From: a virus
Taxonomy: Duplodnaviria > Caudoviricetes
Reading direction: 5' to 3' (one strand)
IMG/VR virus record: IMGVR_UViG_3300032135_000023
Span: 1 to 40,421 of that record
Length of the DNA stretch: 40,421 nt
Shown here: piece by piece, positions 16,660 to 24,950 of the stretch
Layout: every line of letters starts with the position of its first letter
How positions within the stretch are numbered: position 1 is the stretch's first letter
The notes under the pieces: generated by a model
What the model was told of the DNA's origin: nothing
The model's database searches: none
What the model saw: only the letters and a program-made list of their open reading frames with translations
Translations under genes and position numbers: made by a program

Positions 16660-16900
16660 GGCTTTGCTCCATAAGTAAGGCGATCCTGTCAATTTTGCGG
16701 TTGGATGCGTAGTTAAGGCATGAAACGGCAATAATCTCTTGCCAGCTACCCGATTTTGGTGCTGGCTCTATTCCGAGATAGTGCAAAGTTACACACTTAA
16801 ACCCCGCTTCTAACGCATCGTCGCTGGCAGTCGGAGCTGACTTGCAGAACTCGGCTACCACCCCTTTGAATTGCTCCAAAGTGCAAACAAACGTACTCAT
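16652..16900 (-). CDS. hypothetical protein
   Basis: 82-aa ORF coupled to both neighbours. Confidence 0.6.
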   Translation of the reverse strand: MSTFVCTLEQFKGVVAEFCKSAPTASDDALEAGFKCVTLHYLGIEPAPKSGSWQEIIAVSCLNYASNRKIDRIALLMEQSHD

Positions 16901-18399
16901 GGCTTCCCCTCCTGCTGGCGGTGGGCGGATAGGGCTGCGCGGGCTTGCGCCACTACTATCTTGATCCCAGGGTTTGTACTTGGGCTGCCAATGTCAAAAC
17001 GCCCCTCGTAGTCATCAGTTATATCCTTCAGCGCCTCAACCAGCCCAGCCACAATATCCCTCAACGCCTGTGCCTGATCGGCCATGTCGTGCGCGGTGTA
17101 TTGCTCTGCGTCCAGTTCGGCGCCGAGGGCTGGCCTGGTGGTTGGCGGGGAATCATATAACGGGATTACATACCCGTTCCGCGCATCTTCAATGGGTGTG
17201 ACTGGTTGGCAGAACACTACCGGGAGCTTTTGAACAAAGGCGGCAGGCTCCGGCATTTCCACCGATTGCTGCTTGCGGGATAGCGCTTCAAGCGCCTCGG
17301 TTACATTGCCATATCCCATACCGCGCGCCGCTTGCCACACCTCGTCATATAGCTCTGCGCGGTACTTGTCGCCGGTAGTGCCGTTAGTGCCGTTAGGGGC
17401 TGGCGAGGGCTGGGGGGCTTCTCCGCTACATTCGGGGCATAGCTCCATGATCGGCTCGGGTGGATCAAATTGCCCGTGGTAGTGATGGTCCCCCGTAAAA
17501 ACCTCGCCTTGCCCGTGGCACGTATCACACTGCTCCACCCGCTCAGCAGGCGATGGCTGGGGGTATGACAGGGCAGCAGACACAAGCGTCTTCTTGTCCG
17601 CGAGCCATTTTTCGTCTGACCCATACGGCCCGTGAACGCTGTACTCAATGAAGTCGCGTAATGCGTTCTTAGGGACTGGAATAAAACCAGCCATCGAATC
17701 CCGGCCATCCCGAAAGCCCTGTGCTTTCAGCGCGGCCAACTCTTCTGCGGGCGTCATGCGCCCCGGCTTAACCGCAGCCACATCTACTAGCGCAATCAGG
17801 TTGTCTTGAGCATCGAAGAACTCATGTGTCTCTCCGAAGTAATTCTCCGCATTCGCCAAGCCAGCAAGCAGCCGAGACTTAAATTCATCGCCAAAATCCT
17901 GTTGGGCAGGCGAGGGCTGGGGGGCGGTGTATAGCGGGATAACGTAGCCGTTTTTTTCATCGCGCCACGGCTTGCTTGGCTGATGTTCCTCTACCGGAAG
18001 TTTCTGAACCCAAGCATACGGCTCCTGCCCCACCCGCTCAGCAGGCGCAGGGGCTGGGTGGGCTTTCGCAATTATGTCGCGTAGCTCTCGGGCTGCATAA
18101 AACGGCTCATCGCTTGTGACGCAATCCAGCGCGCACTCCAACTCCGTTGCCAGCACCATCACATAACCGCTCGGCACCTCCTGCTCAGCAGGCGCAGGCG
18201 CCGCTTGCCTTTTCGCCTTCGCTTGCCACCCAATCCACGCGCCTTGGGTGATCGAGCAGTCGTAAGACCGGCCATTCCACAACTTTGTAAGATTGTGCTC
18301 CACGAAGAACCAAGCCTCGAACGCCGCTCGCTCCTCGGAGATAACTTCGACATCACCCGACACTAATACGCCGGGTGTCATAGGGTGTTCCTGTTTCAT
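16897..18399 (-). CDS. Ead/Ea22-like mosaic protein with internal repeats
   Basis: ERAAFEAWF...AWIGWQA, repeated PQPSPA/PAPAE linkers, duplicated VQKLPV...NGYVIPLY, CxxCxGxG motif. Confidence 0.7.
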   Translation of the reverse strand: MKQEHPMTPGVLVSGDVEVISEERAAFEAWFFVEHNLTKLWNGRSYDCSITQGAWIGWQAKAKRQAAPAPAEQEVPSGYVMVLATELECALDCVTSDEPFYAARELRDIIAKAHPAPAPAERVGQEPYAWVQKLPVEEHQPSKPWRDEKNGYVIPLYTAPQPSPAQQDFGDEFKSRLLAGLANAENYFGETHEFFDAQDNLIALVDVAAVKPGRMTPAEELAALKAQGFRDGRDSMAGFIPVPKNALRDFIEYSVHGPYGSDEKWLADKKTLVSAALSYPQPSPAERVEQCDTCHGQGEVFTGDHHYHGQFDPPEPIMELCPECSGEAPQPSPAPNGTNGTTGDKYRAELYDEVWQAARGMGYGNVTEALEALSRKQQSVEMPEPAAFVQKLPVVFCQPVTPIEDARNGYVIPLYDSPPTTRPALGAELDAEQYTAHDMADQAQALRDIVAGLVEALKDITDDYEGRFDIGSPSTNPGIKIVVAQARAALSAHRQQEGKP

Positions 18400-18629
18400 T
18401 TTCTACTCCTCACGTGCTTGATTGCGTTTTGAACTTTCTTCGGCCCGTCTCCTGGAGTTGCGCTCCACCAAAGGGCCATCTCTTGAGAGCTGTCGAATTC
18501 CGCCTGCAGCAACAGCGCTCCGCGACGCAGGCTGGTAATGCGCAAGGCCAACTTGCAACGGGCCGTCTCAAGCACCGCCGCGTTGTAGTCACCAACGCAA
18601 GCGGCTGAGAACAAGCGGACGAACCGCAT
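18396..18629 (-). CDS. hypothetical protein
   Basis: 77 aa, ATG overlaps the upstream TGA. Confidence 0.55.
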   Translation of the reverse strand: MRFVRLFSAACVGDYNAAVLETARCKLALRITSLRRGALLLQAEFDSSQEMALWWSATPGDGPKKVQNAIKHVRSRK

Positions 18630-19105
18630 CAGGAAACCACCTTGATGACGCGCCACATACGGATGCAGCGCTTAGAGGTTCCGCGGCTCCAATCGACCAA
18701 CTTGCCGTCGACAACAGCAGCGATGTGGCGGCCACCGCTTACCAGCATGAAGTAACTCTCGCCTTCCGGGAAAGCCTTGGGGAAGCGGTCGGGGTGGTGA
18801 GTGGTGACGCTGGCCAGAATCTGGTGGGCCTTGGGATAGCGCTGGTCAATGAAGTCGCCTTGCTCGATCTCGTGCATCTCGTAGCCCAGCGCGTGAACAA
18901 CCCGGCGGATATAGTTGACGTTCGTACCCTTGCCCGCTTTACGGCCTTGCTCGGCGAGCAGCTCCGCGGCCTTCTCGGCTGTAACACCGCAGGCCGCTGC
19001 CACGGCAACTACGCCGCAGAAACGGTTGTCGCCTGCAGCGGACAGAATCTTGTCCATTTCAAGAAAGGCTTTTGGAGCGGTAAGGCCGGGTTTGATGGCT
19101 GGCAT
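18629..19105 (-). CDS. hypothetical protein, possible papain-like (peptidase C39-like) fold
   Basis: FCGVVAVA ... HIAAVVDG..VDW spacing of Cys/His/Asp; first gene after promoter copy 4. Confidence 0.6.
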   Translation of the reverse strand: MPAIKPGLTAPKAFLEMDKILSAAGDNRFCGVVAVAAACGVTAEKAAELLAEQGRKAGKGTNVNYIRRVVHALGYEMHEIEQGDFIDQRYPKAHQILASVTTHHPDRFPKAFPEGESYFMLVSGGRHIAAVVDGKLVDWSRGTSKRCIRMWRVIKVVS

Positions 19106-19140
19106 GTCTTTTTCTTCCCTTGCTGTGTTTTGATGAGCCC

Positions 19141-19225
19141 ATTATCTTCTAAGTAGAAACGCAAAGCAACATTATTTTGCAAAATAATTCATTTAGGTTG
19201 CTTTTATATTTTACTCAGGCACAAT
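19141..19225. promoter_or_regulatory. divergent promoter pair sharing a central palindrome
   Basis: leftward TTGCTT-N17-GATAAT (19169..19141); perfect 18-bp palindrome ATTATTTTGCAAAATAAT at 19171-19188; rightward TTGCTT(19198)-N16-CACAAT. Confidence 0.8.
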
Positions 19226-19287
19226 AGCATTTGCGAATCGGAGCTGAAAGAGCAAGATTAGCAACTCAACCAAACAAGGAACACAGC

Positions 19288-19632
19288 ATGAGCGACAGAA
19301 AGAGGGTAATCATCCCCAGCCTACACTCCCGGTTCAACCCGCTGCGTGGCGACCGGGCACCAACCATCGACCTTAATCCAGCCGCTGCGCTGGGTGACCT
19401 TTGTCTTCTGTGCGATTGGCACCAAGGCGCTGACGTGCAGGAAGCCGCTGAGACCATCAAGGACCAAATTGCCAGCATAGGCGTTCGGGAAACCGACCTT
19501 ATACTCAGCACAGGCTCACCCTTGCTGCTTGGCGTCGTCTTCACCATCTACGCTGACCACTTCCAGACCGTTAATGTCTTGGAATGGGAACGCGCAACCC
19601 ACAGCTATGTGATTCAATCAATAAACAGCTAA
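19288..19632 (+). CDS. hypothetical protein (small alpha/beta domain)
   Basis: AAGGAA RBS before the ATG at 19288; 114 aa. Confidence 0.7.
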   Translation: MSDRKRVIIPSLHSRFNPLRGDRAPTIDLNPAAALGDLCLLCDWHQGADVQEAAETIKDQIASIGVRETDLILSTGSPLLLGVVFTIYADHFQTVNVLEWERATHSYVIQSINS

Positions 19633-19643
19633 GGAACACAATC

Positions 19644-20543
19644 ATGAAACGCATCATCAAGAACGCGCTGGTCTACAGCGTTAAACTTCCGCACGCTGCC
19701 GCTATGGAGGAGTGCCTTAAGTTGCTCCCTCACAGCGAGATGTCGCCGCATTCAGCGACCAAGTCGGCCTTCGTTCCTCACCCGGTGACCGGCGCTCTGG
19801 TGACTCATCTCCACGGCGGGCTTGCCTTCATGCTGCGGCGTGACGAGAAGGTCGTGCCCAAGTCTGCGGTCATGGAGTTGGTTGCGCAAAAGCTGGCCGC
19901 TATGGACGTGGAGAAGCCCGGCACCAAGTTGATGGCGGAATTGAAAGAGGACGCCCTTTCCGAGTTGCTGCCCCAAGCGCTTATCCGCACCGCATTCGTG
20001 GACGCGTTCTACCACCCAGAATCGGGCACCTTGGCGGTAAATACCCCCAGCAAGCAAAAAGCCGGTATCTTTAACGGCGCTTTACTCCACTGCGTCGAGG
20101 CTATGGAATCCACAACACTGAATATCTCCGGCATCAAGCGCGGCTTAACAACCCGCCTGCGCGAATACCTGGAAGCCAATAACACGGACGCCTTCGGTGA
20201 ATTTGAGCTGGGCAACCGGGTTCAACTTTCCGGGCCGAACCGCGTCAAGGCGGTGTTCCACACAGCTGACATGCAAGGCGCTCACGACGGTATCCTGGAA
20301 GCCTTCCGCACCGGGGCGATGGAAGTTGACCGCATTGACTTGGGCTTGGGCCCGGTTCAGTTCGCCTTGACTCACGACTTCCAAATCAAGCAAATCCACT
20401 ACGAAGAAGACGCTGCTGAAGAAGCGGAAGACGTGATCGGCGCGTGGATCATTGAGGCGTCTGCCCAGATGATGATGTTGGTAGGCGCGGTTCAAGAGCT
20501 CGTCAAGGCGTTCCAGCGCAAGGAGGATCAAGATGGCAATTGA
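19644..20543 (+). CDS. rdgC: recombination-associated protein RdgC
   Basis: IKNALVY, RRDEKVVPKSAV, ELLPQAL, FALTHDFQIKQI motifs; about 300 aa. Confidence 0.85.
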   Translation: MKRIIKNALVYSVKLPHAAAMEECLKLLPHSEMSPHSATKSAFVPHPVTGALVTHLHGGLAFMLRRDEKVVPKSAVMELVAQKLAAMDVEKPGTKLMAELKEDALSELLPQALIRTAFVDAFYHPESGTLAVNTPSKQKAGIFNGALLHCVEAMESTTLNISGIKRGLTTRLREYLEANNTDAFGEFELGNRVQLSGPNRVKAVFHTADMQGAHDGILEAFRTGAMEVDRIDLGLGPVQFALTHDFQIKQIHYEEDAAEEAEDVIGAWIIEASAQMMMLVGAVQELVKAFQRKEDQDGN

Positions 20544-21099
20544 ATTCGGGGATGACCTAGACCAGAAGGCTGAAAAGCCGGTCTCTGAGTTGGAGCGGGT
20601 TCGCATCCTCGCCAAGCTATTATCTACCCAGATGGAAACCGTTGCGCGGCTGGATGATGAGTTGAAGGTCGCCAAGGCTAACGTCATGCGCACCGAGCGC
20701 GAAGACCTCCCAGCCCTTATGACTGAGTTGGAGCTCACGGAGTTCACCCTCCTGGACGGCTCCAAGGTTGAGGTGAAGCCGGACGTGGCATGCGGCATCC
20801 CCAAGGCGTTACACAACAAGGCAATTGAGTGGTTGAAGGCCAACGAGTTCGGCGGGCTTATCAAGCACCAAGTCATCGTCAGCTTCACCCGTGAGGAGGA
20901 AGAGCAAGCAAAGGAATTCACGGACTACGTCCTGGATGAGCACATAGGCGCTCCCGAGATCAAGGAGTTCGTGCACCCGGCGACGCTTAAGTCGTTCGTC
21001 AAGGAGCAGATGGAAGCAGGGAAATCCCCACCGGCAGAATTGTTCGGGATTTTCCCGTACTCTGTAGCAAAAATAACCCAACCCAAGAAAGGTAAGTGA
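20533..21099 (+). CDS. conserved phage replication-module protein (coiled coil)
   Basis: EDLPALM, VHPATLKSFVKEQ motif seen in phage replication clusters. Confidence 0.7.
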   Translation: MAIEFGDDLDQKAEKPVSELERVRILAKLLSTQMETVARLDDELKVAKANVMRTEREDLPALMTELELTEFTLLDGSKVEVKPDVACGIPKALHNKAIEWLKANEFGGLIKHQVIVSFTREEEEQAKEFTDYVLDEHIGAPEIKEFVHPATLKSFVKEQMEAGKSPPAELFGIFPYSVAKITQPKKGK

Positions 21100-21941
21100 T
21101 CATGGCTGCAACTAAAAAAGACCTCGCAGTAAAGAACGAAAACACCGAGCTGGCTACCACCGACGCCCTGAATTTCATGGACGATGTTGGCGTGGGCTTC
21201 GAAGGCACCGACAAAGAATCGTTTGCGATTCCGTTCCTCCGCGTCCTGCAGAAAATCTCTCCTCAGTGCGACGAGGCAGACGGCCAGTACATGGAAGAAG
21301 CGCGCGGCGGCATGTTCTTCAACTCGGTGTCCGGTCAACTGCTGGACGGCAAGAAGGGCATCACGTTCCTGCAGTGCGCCTACCAACGCCGCTTCCTGCG
21401 CTGGGCACCACGCGGCTCCGACCAAGGCTTCAAGGGCGAGATCAGCCCGGACGAAGTTGCCACCATGCGCGCCAAGGGTGAGGCTCAGGAGTTTGAAGGC
21501 CGGTTGTACATTCCTCTGGAAGACGGCACGGTCAACCCCAAGAAGTGCGATTGGTTGAGCGACACTCGCAGTCACTTCGGCCTGTTGGTTGATGAAGAGA
21601 CCGGCGCGTATAGCCGCGTTCTGCTGGCTCTGAGTTCCACGCAGATCAAGAAGTCAAAGCTGATCATGTCAATGCTCAATGAGGTGAAGGTCAAAGGCCC
21701 GAACGGCATGGTGACCCCACCGACTTGGCTGACCAAGATCAACCTCACCTCCGTCATCGAGTCCAACGACCAAGGCTCCTGGTTCGGCATTAAGCCAGAG
21801 TCCAATGGTCAAATCACCACCCAAGAGCTGTACAACGCGGGTAAAGAGTTCCACGCGGCAATCGCTGCTGGCGAAGTTAAAGCCAACTACTCCGAGGCTG
21901 ATGAGGCCAAGGCAGACGGGAAGGCAGACGGGAAATTCTAA
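21096..21941 (+). CDS. putative ssDNA-binding/annealing protein
   Basis: IPFLRVLQKISPQ, STQIKKSK, NDQGSWF motifs, charged tail ending in F, position before the primase; function inferred. Confidence 0.55.
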   Translation: MIMAATKKDLAVKNENTELATTDALNFMDDVGVGFEGTDKESFAIPFLRVLQKISPQCDEADGQYMEEARGGMFFNSVSGQLLDGKKGITFLQCAYQRRFLRWAPRGSDQGFKGEISPDEVATMRAKGEAQEFEGRLYIPLEDGTVNPKKCDWLSDTRSHFGLLVDEETGAYSRVLLALSSTQIKKSKLIMSMLNEVKVKGPNGMVTPPTWLTKINLTSVIESNDQGSWFGIKPESNGQITTQELYNAGKEFHAAIAAGEVKANYSEADEAKADGKADGKF

Positions 21942-21950
21942 GCCGGTAAC

Positions 21951-21982
21951 AGGGGAGCGCCTTCGGGCCTCCCTCTTTTTTT
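21951..21982 (+). terminator. rho-independent terminator
   Basis: GGGGAG-CGCC-TTCG-GGCCTCCC hairpin followed by TCTTTTTTT. Confidence 0.75.
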
Positions 21983-22003
21983 GCCCAAGAAAAAGAGACT
22001 CTT

Positions 22004-22984
22004 ATGTTCGAGCAGTTTTATGATGAATTGCGGCGCTTCGTGCCAGAAGACGCGCGCATAATGACCTGCCAATTCAGGGGCGATCCAAACGACGACAACC
22101 GCGGCAAGTGGAGGGCGCGCGTCCTCAATTACGCTGATGCGGTGGATGACTCAGCCAATGTGTATGTGTGCGTGAGCGCAATGCGACGCAACAGCCGGGG
22201 CGAGTTCAGGCGTCGGAAAGAAAACTTCGCAGGCGGTCTGTGTTTGATGATCGACGACATTGGTGAAGGCGCTGGCGCTAAGTTTCCGCGCGCTATCCTT
22301 GACCCACTTCAACCCACGGCCTTGATTGAAACCTCCCCGGACAATTTCCAGGCCGTTTACATGTTTGACTCTCTGATAGACGACATGGATGAATTCGACT
22401 CCCTGATCAGAGCCTTTATCCAAGAACAATTCCTCGCGGAAGACACTGGTATGGCTGGCGTCAACCGGGTGTTCCGTCCGCCGGTCGGTATCAACGGCAA
22501 AGAGAAGTACAAGCGCGATGGCAAAGTTTGGAAGGTGCAGCTGGCCGCGTTCGAGCCGGGGAACCGCTACTCAGTAAAGCGCATTGCCGAGGCGTTCGGG
22601 TTGAAGCTGCAGAAAGCCAACCGGCCACCAAAAGACCTCGGCATCCTATTAGCGGCAAAGCCTGATCGCATCCGCTTCTTCATCGCCGTCCGACAAGCGC
22701 TCCGCTCCGCTGGCATGCTCAAAACGGAAGCCTCCGATTATTCCGGCTGGATCCACGTTCACTGCCCTTGGACCGACAACCACACCGGCGAAGTTGATAA
22801 CGGCGCGGCCATACGGTTGCCTGAAGTGGAAAACGACTGGCACGGGGCGTTCCGCTGTCACCACGGCGGTTGTCAAGGTAAGGGCTGGCGTGAGTTGACA
22901 GATTGGCTATCCAAAGAGCAAGCGGAAGTGTTGTCCATGGTTAACGAAAATGCACCAGAGACTTGGAGATTCCCTCATGGATGA
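22004..22984 (+). CDS. RepB-type (AEP) primase with a C-terminal zinc-binding domain
   Basis: MIDDI, IETSPDNFQ, RVFRPPVGINGK, CPW...H...FRCHHGGC. Confidence 0.85.
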   Translation: MFEQFYDELRRFVPEDARIMTCQFRGDPNDDNRGKWRARVLNYADAVDDSANVYVCVSAMRRNSRGEFRRRKENFAGGLCLMIDDIGEGAGAKFPRAILDPLQPTALIETSPDNFQAVYMFDSLIDDMDEFDSLIRAFIQEQFLAEDTGMAGVNRVFRPPVGINGKEKYKRDGKVWKVQLAAFEPGNRYSVKRIAEAFGLKLQKANRPPKDLGILLAAKPDRIRFFIAVRQALRSAGMLKTEASDYSGWIHVHCPWTDNHTGEVDNGAAIRLPEVENDWHGAFRCHHGGCQGKGWRELTDWLSKEQAEVLSMVNENAPETWRFPHG

Positions 22985-23264
22985 TAAAGCGGAATTTGAA
23001 GCGGCTTACATAAAGCTCCGGCCTGATGCTGACATAAGACAAGCAAGATTCAGCGATGAGTACAGGGACCGACACACGGCTGTCGCTTACCAACTTTGGT
23101 CTCAGCGCAGGCCAACCGTGAACCTTCCAGCCTTCGAGGAACTGAAATGCCTATTCCGAGACGCGCCAATGAAGGAATTGGCGCGGCAAAACGGGTACGA
23201 ACGAGCCATCAAAGATTGCACCAAGGCAATCCAAGCGGTTGGCCTGGAGGTGAGTCGTGGATGA
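22977..23264 (+). CDS. hypothetical protein
   Basis: 95 aa from the ATG at 22977 (GGAG RBS), between primase and helicase. Confidence 0.6.
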   Translation: MDDKAEFEAAYIKLRPDADIRQARFSDEYRDRHTAVAYQLWSQRRPTVNLPAFEELKCLFRDAPMKELARQNGYERAIKDCTKAIQAVGLEVSRG

Positions 23265-24681
23265 TGAAGCCTTGTTGAAGATGGCCGATGAGGCTGAGCA
23301 CGAGACCGGGTTCGTAAGGCGTCGCAGGCGCATGGAGGACTTCAGATATGACGAGCGGCAAGCCAAGTTCTGGGACATCACAACCGGCTCCTTGCTGGTA
23401 GCGCCCTCTGTCGACGGGGCGATCCCGCGTGAGTGGTGGCCAACGACCGAAACGACCAAGGGCAAGTTGAAGCCTTACAAGCCGTCCATCGCCATCAATG
23501 ACGTCGACACTGGATTGACCGTTGAGGGAAGCACGTGGTGGCCCGGTAAACCGGCGTTCATCCATGACGTGGTAATTGACGAGCGTGGCATGGTGCCGCA
23601 AAAGGGTGCGTCGTGCTACAACACGTACAAAGCGCCTGACCACAGCAACCTGAATACCGATAAGACGCCGGAGCTTTGGATTGAGCACGTCAAGAAGCTA
23701 TGGCCAGACCCGGTTGAATACAACCACTTCTTTGATTACGCGGCGCATATGCTCCAGCGCCCTGACCAGAAGGTCAACCACGGCATCGTCCTGGCGGGTT
23801 CGTATGGCATCGGCAAGGATACGGCGCTGCTACCCATGCGCTGGGGCGTAGGCGAGCACAATACAGCTGAGATTGAACCTGACGCCATCGCCAAGCAGTA
23901 CAACGGCTACGTGAAGTCGGTTCTTCTAGTCATCAACGAGGTTCGGCCTCACGACGAGGACGTCAAGGCGTCGGCCTTCTACGATCAACTCAAGCCGATA
24001 CTTGCCGCGCCACCGGATATGCTTCCCATGGAGGTCAAGTATGCGAACGTGGTCTACATCAGGAACCTTTGCCACACCATCCTGACGACCAACGAGCCGT
24101 TGAAGATGTACATTCCCGCTGCTGATAGGCGGTTGTTCGTGATGACGAGTAAGCTGCCCGATCCCAAGGTCAACCCGGTATTCAAGGAGGCTTATTTCCA
24201 AGAGATGATCGACTACCTTTACTCCGGCGGCATACAAGCGGCTGTAAAATGGCTGTTGGAACGGGATATTTTGCATTTTAATTCTGGGGAAGCGCCACCC
24301 ATGACTTGGGGAAAAAGGGCGATTATCACCAGTTCGGACAACGTCAGACGTTCAATAGCGGACGAAGTTATTGAGCAATATTTACGCGAAAAACACGATA
24401 GTTTTCGACCAAAAGTTATCTTCGCAAAAGACATCATTATGCATGTAAACGAGGGTAAATGGTTCGACGACGAGAAAGCGGCCTTGTCCGCCGTGAAGGC
24501 AAAGAACTTCCATTTCAAGATGGATGAGCACGGTTATGACATGGTGAGGAACCCAGATGCGCAGGAGTGGAGCAACGGAAAGTACCGGTCTAGAGCCGCC
24601 TTCGTGGATAAGACGGTGCCGCATGATGACCAGTTGCGCGTTATAAAGGAGGCCCTGAATGGCCGCTCGGTGGAGTTCTAA
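23257..24681 (+). CDS. primase-associated helicase (DUF5906/SF3-like P-loop ATPase)
   Basis: Walker A GSYGIGKD, Walker B LLVINE, ILTTN, DRR. Confidence 0.85.
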   Translation: MDDEALLKMADEAEHETGFVRRRRRMEDFRYDERQAKFWDITTGSLLVAPSVDGAIPREWWPTTETTKGKLKPYKPSIAINDVDTGLTVEGSTWWPGKPAFIHDVVIDERGMVPQKGASCYNTYKAPDHSNLNTDKTPELWIEHVKKLWPDPVEYNHFFDYAAHMLQRPDQKVNHGIVLAGSYGIGKDTALLPMRWGVGEHNTAEIEPDAIAKQYNGYVKSVLLVINEVRPHDEDVKASAFYDQLKPILAAPPDMLPMEVKYANVVYIRNLCHTILTTNEPLKMYIPAADRRLFVMTSKLPDPKVNPVFKEAYFQEMIDYLYSGGIQAAVKWLLERDILHFNSGEAPPMTWGKRAIITSSDNVRRSIADEVIEQYLREKHDSFRPKVIFAKDIIMHVNEGKWFDDEKAALSAVKAKNFHFKMDEHGYDMVRNPDAQEWSNGKYRSRAAFVDKTVPHDDQLRVIKEALNGRSVEF

Positions 24682-24687
24682 GTCGCC

Positions 24688-24866
24688 CGCGGCAACGCGG
24701 TAACGCGGCAAATCCCTTTCTCTGCTTGAGAGTTTTTTTATCTAACACTCATGGGTGAGTTATTGAGCAAAATAATCGGGATATTGGGGCTAGTTATTGA
24801 GCAAAGTTGAAAGTAAAAAAAACAACGGGTAAACAATAGGATTTGCCGCGTTTCCGCGTAGCCGCG
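24688..24866. repeat. putative replication origin: 28-bp inverted repeats flanking an AT-rich core with direct repeats
   Basis: 24688-24715 and 24839-24866 are inverted (26/28); AGTTATTGAGCAAA at 24758-24771 and 24792-24805. Confidence 0.65.
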
Positions 24867-24872
24867 GGGAGG

Positions 24873-24924
24873 GTTATTTTGCAGAATAACGAAACTTGCT
24901 TCCGCGGCCATTACAGGCGATGAT
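24873..24924 (+). promoter_or_regulatory. rightward promoter of the packaging genes with a palindrome variant
   Basis: GTTATTTTGCAGAATAAC at 24873-24890; TTGCTT(24896)-N17-GATGAT(24919). Confidence 0.7.
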
Positions 24925-24950
24925 CAGAAACACTTTGGGAGGATTTTTAC

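Noticed and set aside
2904-19188. Repeated palindromic elements as a CRISPR array or att sites
   Set aside because: Copies are kilobases apart and coincide with promoter boxes; no cas or integrase gene is present
19106-19287. tRNA or other known RNA gene in the intergenic regions
   Set aside because: No cloverleaf or T-loop consensus found; the region is explained by divergent promoters
21909-21934. 12-bp tandem duplication AAGGCAGACGGG (KADG twice)
   Set aside because: Real, but a simple in-frame slippage in a flexible C-terminal tail
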